IMG/VR virus record: IMGVR_UViG_3300025655_000033
Coordinates: 3,202 to 67,201 of that record
DNA length: 64,000 nt
Reading direction: 5' to 3' (one strand)
Origin: a virus
Shown one piece after another: positions 12,101 to 20,019 of this stretch. Each line of letters begins with the position of its first letter. Positions within the stretch are counted from its first letter, which is position 1. The position numbers and the translations under genes are program-made. Below the pieces are notes generated by a model. That model did no database searches. It saw only the letters and a list, made by a program, of their open reading frames with translations, and had not been told where the DNA came from.

Positions 12101-15100
12101 TAGATTCAGCTAGTGAAAAACTACTTGGTACCGCAACTGGTATTGCAAACTCAATACTTAAAAATCCAAAACTATACACTAAAGACTCAAGAATAAAAAA
12201 AGGAGCTGGATTATCGCCATTTGTTAAAAACAAAAACATAACCGGTGAAGACGTATTAAATGCAGTAGGAATAGTAGATGGTGAACCAAAACCAGGTATT
12301 GGACCTAGAACACCGGAAGGACAAGCTGTAAAAGGTGTACTAGCCATGTATGAGAAACTTGTTTCTAATTCCTTATTAAGACAAGAACTAATTGAACAAG
12401 GTGAATCATCTAATATTATTCAAGATATTGGAGCTGGTAAAGGAGATTTGATGTTTAGTATGTCATCAGAAGACATTAAACTATTAAATGAGTACGATAT
12501 AGATGGATACAAACTTGAATCAAAAGCAGACATTAATAAATATATATCTGATTTAAGAAAATTAATACCATTACTAAACACGGATGATTTTAAAATACTA
12601 AATGCCACAGTATTACAGTTTTCTAATTTAGACACAAAAGAGCTTGTAAAATATCTTCAAAGTGAATTAAAAAAACTAAGCAAGTCAAAAGAGTTAACTA
12701 GATTTGTTACTATAAGTAGAACTCCAGTTAGAAAACAATTTGGAAGTACTTTCGAAGAATTACAAGATAAGATACAAATACCAGGTTATGTAGAAGAATA
12801 CAATGACAAAAACTCATTAGTGTTTGAAAAAATGTGGTATACTATAAATGACATATTAAGTGATTCAAAAAATAAAGATTTAGCTGTACCTATAGTTACT
12901 TTCTTAGCTAATTCTCAAATTGAAAAAGCAAATCCGCATAGATTAGGAGCTCCATTAATAGCATATGAGTTATCTAGCGGTAGAATAGATAGTTACGAAC
13001 ACGCTATGCCTTCTGTTGAAGCTTATAGAAGATTAATAAAAGCTGCTTTAGATCCTAACATTGATTTCTTTAAAGAGTTTGACTTTGTAAAAAATAATTA
13101 CAAGCTCATGGCTATAACAAAAGAAACTGATTTAAAATTACTAGCTAATGGTAGTAATAGTTTCTTTGATCCTAAGTGGAAAAATTGGTGGCAAAGATAT
13201 TTTAACGACAAAGTAGCTAAAGATAAAGGTGGTATAGATCCTAATAATATAATTTCTATAGAAAACAAAATAAGTTTAGCTGAAGAATTTAATATTGATA
13301 AAGAAGGAAATGAAGATCTTGCTTTTAGTAAAAACTTAAACAGAGAATTTAACGATATACTTCAAACAACAACTGGTGTTGATTCTAAAAAAACATACAG
13401 TAAGATCGGTGCTGAAATGGCGGGATCTAAAAAAGGTAGGTTTGATTTCTTTATACCACCTGGAGCTGAAGACTTTATAGGTTTAATATACAAAACTTTA
13501 GGTAAAGGTGAAATAGGTGATATGCAATTAGCTTGGTACAAGAAAAACTTCTTTGATCCATACGCTAGAGCTATGGCTGCTGTTACTAAAGATAGAGTTG
13601 TAATGGCTCAGAAGTTTAAAGATCTTAGAAAAGAACTTAAGATAGTCCCTAAAAACTTAAGAAAAAAATTACCAGGAGAAGGTTTTACGCAAGAACAAGC
13701 TGTTAGAGTTTATATATGGACGAAACAGGGTGAAAAAATACCTGGTTTAAACGAAGGTGATTTAAGTACGTTAAATGACTACGTAAACAAAAATCCTGAA
13801 TTAAAAGAATTTGGTGACAGACTTATAGCTATAACTGGAAAAGATGCTTACGTTGGTCCAAGAGAAGGTTGGACTGCTGGTACTATAACTACAGATCTAC
13901 TAGATACTGTTAATGGTAGCAAGAGAGCAATGCATTTGGAGCAATGGCAAGACAATGTTGATGCTGTGTTTACCGAAGAGAACTTAAATAAACTAGAGGC
14001 ATTATACGGTAAGTCTTATAGAGTAGCATTAGAGAATATACTTAAAAGAATGAAGAGCGGTAGAAACAGATTGTTTACATCGGACTCTTTAACTGGTAGG
14101 TTTGTTGATTGGATTTCTAATTCAATTGGTAGTATCATGTTCTTTAACAGTAGATCTGCTATACTACAAACAATATCTTCTATTAACTTTATTAACTTTA
14201 CGGATAATAATATAATAGCCGCTAGTAAAGCATTAGCTAATCCAAAACAGTTTGCTTCAGACTTTATGACGCTTATGAACTCTGAGTTTCTAGTAGACAG
14301 ACGTAATGGTCTTAGAATAAATGTCAATGAAGCTGATATTGCCAACATTGCTGCTACATCTAAAAACAAAGCTAAAGCTTTTATAAGTGAAATGCTTAAA
14401 CTAGGTTTCTTACCTACCCAAATAGCGGACAGTTTTGCAATAGCTTCTGGTGGCGCAGCATTCTATAGAAACAGGATTAACACTTACTTAAAACAAGGGT
14501 TAAACGAAAAATCTGCAGAACAAAATGCTATGAGAGACTTTAGAGAAATTGCTGAAGAATCTCAACAATCCAGTAGACCAGATAAAATATCACAACAACA
14601 AGCTGGGCCATTAGGACGTATTATATTAGCTTTTGCCAACACACCAGCTCAGTATGCTAGAATTATTAAAAAAGCTGCCTTAGATCTTAAGAATGGACGA
14701 GGGGATAGAAAGACAAATATATCAAAGATAGTATACTATGGAGTAGCACAAAACTTATTGTTTAGTGCAATGCAAAATGCTTTGTTCGCTTTAATGTTTG
14801 ATGGAGATGATGACGAAGAAAAAGCAGAAGAAGAAAACAAGAAGTACGGTAGAGTTGCAAACAGTATGGCGGACAGTTTACTACGAGGTATGGGATTTGC
14901 TGGTGCTGTGACTTCTGTAGTTAAAAATGCTGCATTAAAAATAGTAGAAGAAAGCAACAAGGACATACCTAAGTATGAAAAAGCTGCTGCTGAATTAATA
15001 AAAATATCACCACCTATATCTTCTAAACTATCTAAAGTTGAATCAGCATTAAGATCAGCAAGCTGGGATAGAGATAAAATAAAAGAAGCAGGTTTAAGCA

Positions 15101-15369
15101 TAGACAATCCTGCTTATATGATTGGTGGAAAATTATCATCTGCAGCTCTTAACATACCACTAGATAGAGCGCTAACTAAAGTAGATAACATACAAAACGC
15201 TATGTCAAAAGAAACAGAAATTTGGCAAAAATTTGCGTTGTTGGCTGGTTGGCAATCTTGGGAATTAGGTATTGAAGACGAAGATGATAAAACTAAAAGA
15301 GGATCAACTAAAAGAAAAACATCAGAAAGAAAAACAGTTAAACGCAAAACAGTAAAAAGAAACAAATAA
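9115..15369 (+). CDS. Giant polyvalent internal virion protein (Gly/Ala hydrophobic region, HExxH zincin, sigma-region-2-like module, HNH-like motif, C-terminal helical domain)
   Basis: 2084 aa; HELLH at ~10936; 'LMRFDPTENNSLIGFINSQLK' at ~11600; 'YEHAMP' at ~12995; last gene of the ejection cluster. Confidence 0.7.
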   Translation: MNQIYINPETGEKFSVSSEKLDQFLQDFPNAVLEQEQEQPEEVVTEMFVNPDTEEQFKVSVNKKDQFLKDFPNAIPIDQAGKETSPTLDAVAGKDKASDMDLPLEDGLSELKEDDGQWDWGIVDYFSDLARAAKEGWRQGELADDAFEVINKGADVESKDILKFLKRQKEVGAKNIGSDEMRSWQKTYDKNGKSTWGAIKGILENPSVLSTLLVSSLSSQLSAIVNSGEVLASGVAGAAAGAGAGAAAGAIGGPLATLTAAGGALTGAMTGSMAAMETGLTFGELLQEQVGDDLNDDAIKEFLNDPERLADLKNKALKRGLTIGAIEGLTMGVAKGVGSKLAKAGFKKMAIGTATGVIEAGGGSLGEVGGRYVAGQEMDPGEIVFEGVAGFGGAPLTLASQASKLSKTIDKATINKIIKDTDYKDVTDAFKTADVGEAEINIAKIKNSTKILDEQVDSKVESADITEEEGNEIKLNFRKTQQAVNKISSLNFPKEEEVNAVSLLKEKETLENKIKEVGDSSLTTIESDRVDEINKSLSGIRLKQSISFAEKQGKKLGLDVEVLSQEEYDKKFGDKAKGSEGVWDKKNNSITINKDRALEVEAVSVGSHELLHGILSKGLKGKDASKIVEDFKNILSEEQKAVVDKRIKENYTQDYLDKNPDEYLTVFSDAITKKEIKFEENLFTKIGDFITPILRSVGFKNIKFNTGKDVYNFMREYQKSVATGELSKDIIKSVELKDTEASEGLATSITDNLNEKVDNLVGKKDESGNYQYKSKTEFQSSPEFVNVYDKIISGKMIDPLIRRGIEGDQVYGKPVENFIEEVKDGLTEVLMRFDPTENNSLIGFINSQLKFRKGDVLKKYKAQQTKSIDTAAGEVGSIAELEAEDTSEALLEESMAEERRQSDLIKAEEIIGSDDFVKAAKEEVASKLDQVKPGESTFKNVKGLVADTLAKEIGIPAKKIMDTTANMSSQEMGVSINWIKQNANMIAKIMPQGAVLDSASEKLLGTATGIANSILKNPKLYTKDSRIKKGAGLSPFVKNKNITGEDVLNAVGIVDGEPKPGIGPRTPEGQAVKGVLAMYEKLVSNSLLRQELIEQGESSNIIQDIGAGKGDLMFSMSSEDIKLLNEYDIDGYKLESKADINKYISDLRKLIPLLNTDDFKILNATVLQFSNLDTKELVKYLQSELKKLSKSKELTRFVTISRTPVRKQFGSTFEELQDKIQIPGYVEEYNDKNSLVFEKMWYTINDILSDSKNKDLAVPIVTFLANSQIEKANPHRLGAPLIAYELSSGRIDSYEHAMPSVEAYRRLIKAALDPNIDFFKEFDFVKNNYKLMAITKETDLKLLANGSNSFFDPKWKNWWQRYFNDKVAKDKGGIDPNNIISIENKISLAEEFNIDKEGNEDLAFSKNLNREFNDILQTTTGVDSKKTYSKIGAEMAGSKKGRFDFFIPPGAEDFIGLIYKTLGKGEIGDMQLAWYKKNFFDPYARAMAAVTKDRVVMAQKFKDLRKELKIVPKNLRKKLPGEGFTQEQAVRVYIWTKQGEKIPGLNEGDLSTLNDYVNKNPELKEFGDRLIAITGKDAYVGPREGWTAGTITTDLLDTVNGSKRAMHLEQWQDNVDAVFTEENLNKLEALYGKSYRVALENILKRMKSGRNRLFTSDSLTGRFVDWISNSIGSIMFFNSRSAILQTISSINFINFTDNNIIAASKALANPKQFASDFMTLMNSEFLVDRRNGLRINVNEADIANIAATSKNKAKAFISEMLKLGFLPTQIADSFAIASGGAAFYRNRINTYLKQGLNEKSAEQNAMRDFREIAEESQQSSRPDKISQQQAGPLGRIILAFANTPAQYARIIKKAALDLKNGRGDRKTNISKIVYYGVAQNLLFSAMQNALFALMFDGDDDEEKAEEENKKYGRVANSMADSLLRGMGFAGAVTSVVKNAALKIVEESNKDIPKYEKAAAELIKISPPISSKLSKVESALRSASWDRDKIKEAGLSIDNPAYMIGGKLSSAALNIPLDRALTKVDNIQNAMSKETEIWQKFALLAGWQSWELGIEDEDDKTKRGSTKRKTSERKTVKRKTVKRNK

Positions 15370-15372
15370 ACT

Positions 15373-15645
15373 ATGAAACTATTACTTATTATTTTAGGAA
15401 TGTCACTATTAGCTAACTTTATTTTAGGTCTTATGCACCTAAAGAAAATAAAAGATGAAGATAAAAACTTCATACCAGATGTTATAGAAGACAAAGCAAA
15501 GAAAATTAAAGAAGAAACTAAACATCGTGCTAAAAGAATTAAAGAAGAACTTAACGATGTAGGAGCTGCTATCAAAGAAGTTGGCAATCAAATTGGTGAT
15601 TTACCAGACGCAGCAAAAGGTAAAACTAGAAAAGGTAGAAAATAA
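15373..15645 (+). CDS. Small membrane-anchored coiled-coil protein
   Basis: N-terminal hydrophobic helix followed by a charged helical region. Confidence 0.55.
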   Translation: MKLLLIILGMSLLANFILGLMHLKKIKDEDKNFIPDVIEDKAKKIKEETKHRAKRIKEELNDVGAAIKEVGNQIGDLPDAAKGKTRKGRK

Positions 15646-15767
15646 TGGCAAGAAAAAAAGCAGTAAAAGCCTGCTGGTCAGGCTACGAAGCAATAGGTTT
15701 TAAAATGAAAGGCTCTAAAAGAGTACCTAATTGTGTACCTATTAAAAAGAAAGGAACAAAAAAATAA
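15645..15767 (+). CDS. 40-aa basic protein with CWxGY...VPNCV motif
   Basis: Hand translation MARKKAVKACWSGYEAIGFKMKGSKRVPNCVPIKKKGTKK; TAATG overlap with upstream stop. Confidence 0.6.
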   Translation: MARKKAVKACWSGYEAIGFKMKGSKRVPNCVPIKKKGTKK

Positions 15768-15797
15768 TGGGCACCATACCCAATCGTTCCTGTAACC

Positions 15798-15830
15798 AAA
15801 AAGGGGAGGCCATTACGGCTTCCCCTTTTT
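15798..15830. terminator. Bidirectional rho-independent terminator
   Basis: AAAAA-GGGGAGGCC-ATTAC-GGCTTCCCC-TTTTT between convergent modules. Confidence 0.9.
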
Positions 15831-15885
15831 CATTGATAACTAATAAAAATAAAATAACTAAACAATACCTGGCAAATGGTATATT

Positions 15886-17661
15886 TTATCCATCACAAGA
15901 AATACAGTCTGGATCCATAGCTTTTGCTGCAATATCTCCTCTTAAAACTGATTCAGTTCTTGTGTAATACAAAGTCTTTACTCCTTTCTTCCATGCTTCA
16001 AAGTGAACTTGATTAATCCATTTTGGTGTAGCAGTACTTGGAAAAGCCAAGTTAAGACTTACTGATTGATCTATATATTGTTGACGTATACCAGCTTGAC
16101 TAACTAACTCTAACTGATTTATTTCCTTGAAAGTTTTAAATACATCTTTAACCGTATCATAACCAAGTAGCATGTCTTGCTCTGATGCGTCTGGTAAATA
16201 TACTAATTTTTTATTAATATATCCCCAATCATCTAAAATATTTAAATCTTGAATACTTCCTCCATCTTCAAGTATCTTGTTCCAGGTTTCCTCTGTATCA
16301 ATCCCTACTTTCTTTAAAACTTTAATAAGTTCTTTATTCTTTCTAATAAACGTACCTTTTGCAGATTGCTCTGTAAAAACATTAGCAGCCCAAGGCTCAA
16401 TACCTGGACTAACATTACCAGATAGTTTACTATTTGATACAGTAGGTGCAATAGCCCTAAGGTGAGTATTCCTAAGTCCAGTATCACGACACCAAAGAGG
16501 TTCTCCGTATACCTCGGCAAGTTCACGTGAAGCCCTTTCGCTTTCGATTTTAATCTGGCTAAATATTCTCCTAGTCTCAAACTGAGCTTGAATCCCTTCG
16601 AAAGGTATTCCATTTTGTTGGAGGTAAGTGTGCCACCCAAGGACTCCAAGACCAAGCGCTCTTCCTTTTTCCGCAAAACGAACTGAGTTTTCAAATCCTT
16701 TAAGGCCTTTAGCCTTTTGTATAAATTCTTCAAGTACTCCATCTAAAAACCATATTGCGTGGTAGATTAAATTAGTATCTTTCCACTCGTTATACTTACT
16801 TAAATTAAGAGAAGATAAACAACAAACAAAACTATGGTTTTCATCTGTATGCAATGTAATCTCACTACATATGTTTGTCATATGCACTTTTAAGCCATTT
16901 TTCTTGTATGCTTCAGGATTAGATTTATTTGTATTTCCTTTAAATAAAATATAAGGTTCTCCAGTTGCTTTACGCTTCTGTAGTAATTTACTCCACTTTC
17001 TTCTTGCCTCAGCATCTCCTTCTTCTAGTTTCCTCATAAACTTATCACCAACAACAGCACATTGATGTAAGTTTAAAGACTGACGATTAACATCTCCCTT
17101 AGGCTCTCTTATTTCTAACCACTCTTCAAAGTCACCGTGATCTATGTTAATGTTAACACTAGCTGCTCCTCTTCTAACTGATCCTTGATTTGTTGCAAGT
17201 ATAGTAGAATCGTATACTTTACAGAAAGGTACAACACCATCTGATGTACCGTTACCTGTGATTTTAGCTCCAGCTGGACGTATCATATTAATACCAATAC
17301 CAACTCCACCACCGTGTTTAGCTAACAACATCATTTCAAGGTTCTTACCACCAATCTCTTGTATGCTATCACCAACATCAATACCAAAACAACTAATAGG
17401 TAAACCTCTATCTGTACCAGTATTAGAAAGCACTGGAGAAGCTAAGTTTAACCAACCGTTCCATATATACTCAAAAAACTTTTCAGTTAATTCTGGCTTA
17501 TATAAACGCTTAGCAACAGTTGATGCTACTCTCATATAAGCATCCTTTGGTGTTTCATTTGGTAATAAATAACCACCAATGATGGTTTTCTTATATACTT
17601 CTGTATTACCCCACGTAGGATAATCAACTCCTTTTACCCAATCATTATTCCACATCTCCAA
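15886..17661 (-). CDS. nrdA: Ribonucleotide reductase class I alpha subunit, no ATP cone
   Basis: 'LPISCF', 'TNICSEI', 'AIAPTVSNS', 'KTLYY' and C-terminal CxxC; true start may be 17655. Confidence 0.95.
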   Translation of the reverse strand: MEMWNNDWVKGVDYPTWGNTEVYKKTIIGGYLLPNETPKDAYMRVASTVAKRLYKPELTEKFFEYIWNGWLNLASPVLSNTGTDRGLPISCFGIDVGDSIQEIGGKNLEMMLLAKHGGGVGIGINMIRPAGAKITGNGTSDGVVPFCKVYDSTILATNQGSVRRGAASVNINIDHGDFEEWLEIREPKGDVNRQSLNLHQCAVVGDKFMRKLEEGDAEARRKWSKLLQKRKATGEPYILFKGNTNKSNPEAYKKNGLKVHMTNICSEITLHTDENHSFVCCLSSLNLSKYNEWKDTNLIYHAIWFLDGVLEEFIQKAKGLKGFENSVRFAEKGRALGLGVLGWHTYLQQNGIPFEGIQAQFETRRIFSQIKIESERASRELAEVYGEPLWCRDTGLRNTHLRAIAPTVSNSKLSGNVSPGIEPWAANVFTEQSAKGTFIRKNKELIKVLKKVGIDTEETWNKILEDGGSIQDLNILDDWGYINKKLVYLPDASEQDMLLGYDTVKDVFKTFKEINQLELVSQAGIRQQYIDQSVSLNLAFPSTATPKWINQVHFEAWKKGVKTLYYTRTESVLRGDIAAKAMDPDCISCDG

Positions 17662-17872
17662 GATCTAATTTAGTTTCTGATTCTTCTTTTATTTTTTCTT
17701 TCAACTGCTCTATAGCTTCTTCATAACCAGGCATTAACTTAACAGCCTCTAAAGTACCTACAGATAGATCTTTTAAATAAGTATTTTCACTTAATAATTG
17801 TTGTACAACATTAATTAATGCTTGTATCTTTTTTTCTAGTAGATCTTGTCTACTTTGTTTTTCACCTTTCAT
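17645..17872 (-). CDS. Hypothetical protein between nrdB and nrdA
   Basis: 75 aa coiled-coil ORF filling the gap. Confidence 0.6.
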   Translation of the reverse strand: MKGEKQSRQDLLEKKIQALINVVQQLLSENTYLKDLSVGTLEAVKLMPGYEEAIEQLKEKIKEESETKLDLGDVE

Positions 17873-17892
17873 ATTATTTAATTTAATTTAAT

Positions 17893-18861
17893 TTACCAAA
17901 TATCTTCAAAATCTTCACCTTCTCCAGCTTTCGAGTAATCAGTCGGACGAATAGCAAAAAAATCAGTATGAGTAATCCCCCCGGTAAGATGATAGAACCA
18001 GTCAAGATTGCTTGCTGCCTTTTTGTCAAATTCAAAGTATTCCCCGCTGTCCCTGTAACCGAGTTCAATAATTTTTTCATTGAGTCTTTTTCTAATGAAT
18101 TGTTTGAGGTCGTAAGCTTTAAGGTTTTCGATGTCTCCAAGCTCAAACATTTTATCAATATAGTTTTCTTCTGCTTTAAGCATTGATTCTGCTGCATCTA
18201 ACACTTCTTCTTTACAATCGTTTAATAATGTAGGATTTTCTTCACACATGTGTCTGAATAATTGACAACCCATTTTAGAATGCAGTGATTCATCACGTAC
18301 GCTCCATTTCATTTGTTGTCCTACACCTTTTAAAAGATTTCTAAGCTGAAAGCTATAAAGCACAGCAAAAGCAGAATAAAGAGAAACACCTTCAGCGAAA
18401 GCCGAAAATATTGCAAGAGACCTAGCAATGCCACCAACTTCACTACCATCGTAAGAAACGAGGGCTTCGAATCTCTCCATAGTGGCCTCATCTTGTAAAA
18501 AAGCTTCAAAATTTTCAAGTCCAAGTGTTTCATTTAAATAAGAATAAGCTACAGCGTGTATTGTTTCTTGTGATCCAAACATCATAGCCATTTGTTGTAT
18601 CTCATGTTTTGGAAACCAACCAACTACTTTTTGCGTCCAGTAATCAGACACAGCGCATTCTGTTTGAGCAAAACCTAAAAGTATATTACCTACTAGGTTT
18701 TTTTCTTTTTCATTTAACTTTTCATTCCAATCTTTTACATCACCTGACATAGATATTTCAGTATGTAACCAAAAAGCTTGAGCTTGTTTTAACCAACCTT
18801 CTGTGTAGTAAACTGGGTATTCAAATGGTTTATATGGTATTCTAGGAGTAAATAATGACAT
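17893..18861 (-). CDS. nrdB: Ribonucleotide reductase class I beta subunit
   Basis: Ferritin-like ligands 'QTECAV', 'QETIHAVAY', 'AEGV', 'RDESLH'; C-terminal 'DFFA..PTDY'. Confidence 0.95.
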   Translation of the reverse strand: MSLFTPRIPYKPFEYPVYYTEGWLKQAQAFWLHTEISMSGDVKDWNEKLNEKEKNLVGNILLGFAQTECAVSDYWTQKVVGWFPKHEIQQMAMMFGSQETIHAVAYSYLNETLGLENFEAFLQDEATMERFEALVSYDGSEVGGIARSLAIFSAFAEGVSLYSAFAVLYSFQLRNLLKGVGQQMKWSVRDESLHSKMGCQLFRHMCEENPTLLNDCKEEVLDAAESMLKAEENYIDKMFELGDIENLKAYDLKQFIRKRLNEKIIELGYRDSGEYFEFDKKAASNLDWFYHLTGGITHTDFFAIRPTDYSKAGEGEDFEDIW

Positions 18862-18866
18862 GTTTA

Positions 18867-19025
18867 TTAGTTATTTAAAGATTTAATAGTTTGTAGTGTA
18901 TTTATCCATGAATTACAATAAGAAATTATATCTTGTTTTCTATGTGATCCACTTGTAACTGACTTCATTTCAAATATTAAATCATCTAAAAAGAAATCAA
19001 TAGCTTCGTTTTGTTTATACATCAT
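18867..19025 (-). CDS. Hypothetical 52-aa protein
   Basis: Hand-translated ORF MMYKQNEAIDFFLDDLIFEMK... filling a gap. Confidence 0.45.
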   Translation of the reverse strand: MMYKQNEAIDFFLDDLIFEMKSVTSGSHRKQDIISYCNSWINTLQTIKSLNN

Positions 19026-19155
19026 GATATACAGTAAAGCATAGTTCTAAAATAGGTAGGTACAATACGTGATCAGTTGCTTGCTCTGATTCATATGATC
19101 TAATACCAATCAATATGCCTGGATATAATCCAATACTTAATTCCCAGTTTTTCAT
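19015..19155 (-). CDS. Hypothetical 46-aa protein
   Basis: Hand-translated ORF MKNWELSIGLYPGILIGIRSY... Confidence 0.5.
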   Translation of the reverse strand: MKNWELSIGLYPGILIGIRSYESEQATDHVLYLPILELCFTVYHDV

Positions 19156-19326
19156 TTATTCTATTTTTATGTTATATTTATCTTGCATTTCAACAAGTTC
19201 TCTATATTTAATCTTACCTCTTATTTCCCAACTCCATTTAATCCACTTATCAATTTGACGCTGGGCATATTTCTGTCTAGCTACTTTCTTCGCTTTTCCA
19301 GGATCAATTGTACTGTTCGATCGCAT
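19156..19326 (-). CDS. Hypothetical basic 56-aa protein overlapping the endonuclease 3' end
   Basis: Hand-translated ORF MRSNSTIDPGKAKKVARQKYAQRQIDKWIKWSWE...; stop abuts the next ATG. Confidence 0.5.
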   Translation of the reverse strand: MRSNSTIDPGKAKKVARQKYAQRQIDKWIKWSWEIRGKIKYRELVEMQDKYNIKIE

Positions 19327-19733
19327 TCGTTTTGATTTTGTGGTTTATATAAAGTAATATTAGGAAATTGTTCTGAAACTAATCTTTTAAATAACTTCCA
19401 TCTCATTGGAAAAGACTCATTTGCTCTACCTTTTGTTTCTATTATAAAATCATCTCCAATAAAATCAGGTGTATACTTTATTGGTAGTATTCTTTTGCTA
19501 CCTCTATTAACGTAATCACCTTTACCATTTGCTTGTCTTTCATATACTTCGTTTTCAAAATGAAAACCATTTAACAGAACAAACGTTTCTCCTTCATACT
19601 TAGATCTTATCTTAGCTTTTTTTAAAGCCATATACATATAGCGTTCTAGTCCTGAAGCAAAATTATGTCCATCATAAGATATTTTTTTAGAAACAACTGG
19701 ACCTCTTTTTTTTGATCTTTTTTTCTTAATCAT
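19281..19733 (-). CDS. T7 endonuclease I-like PD-(D/E)XK nuclease (Holliday junction resolvase)
   Basis: 'FASGLE', 'KYE', 'YTPDF...IIETKG'; start assumed at MIKKKRS. Confidence 0.85.
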   Translation of the reverse strand: MIKKKRSKKRGPVVSKKISYDGHNFASGLERYMYMALKKAKIRSKYEGETFVLLNGFHFENEVYERQANGKGDYVNRGSKRILPIKYTPDFIGDDFIIETKGRANESFPMRWKLFKRLVSEQFPNITLYKPQNQNECDRTVQLILEKRRK

Positions 19734-20019
19734 AATGTTCCCCTGTGTTGCCGTTTTGGGCAATAATATCCATTCTAGCTATTAAAGCTTCTTCTTTTAA
19801 GTCTTGAACTTCTTCTTTTGCTGCTTGCAAATAAAGTATTGCATCCATTAACTCTTCTTGTACATCGTTTAAATAACCAAAAAGATCTTTGTGACCACCT
19901 TTTCTTTCATTGTCTAATGTTCTACCGTATTTAGCAAAACCTAAATCTGATCTTGATACAAACTTGTCTACTACTCTTTCAACAACTGGATCTCTAAATG
20001 TAACCTCTTTCTTTTTCAT
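19726..20019 (-). CDS. Small all-alpha NTP pyrophosphatase-like protein
   Basis: 'G.AKYG.TL' and 'QEELMDAILY' acidic helix pattern. Confidence 0.55.
   Translation of the reverse strand: MKKKEVTFRDPVVERVVDKFVSRSDLGFAKYGRTLDNERKGGHKDLFGYLNDVQEELMDAILYLQAAKEEVQDLKEEALIARMDIIAQNGNTGEHYD

Noticed and set aside
14790-14820. 'MFDGDDD' as an RNA polymerase catalytic motif
   Set aside because: Lacks the first Asp of DFDGD and lies in an acidic linker after a hydrophobic helix near the C-terminus
9972-15587. Antisense ORFs opposite the giant gene, and similar ones opposite fibre, groEL and scaffold genes
   Set aside because: Expected shadows of sense-strand codon bias; no motifs or start context
15767-15967. 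66-aa + strand ORF
   Set aside because: Runs through the terminator into the antisense of nrdA
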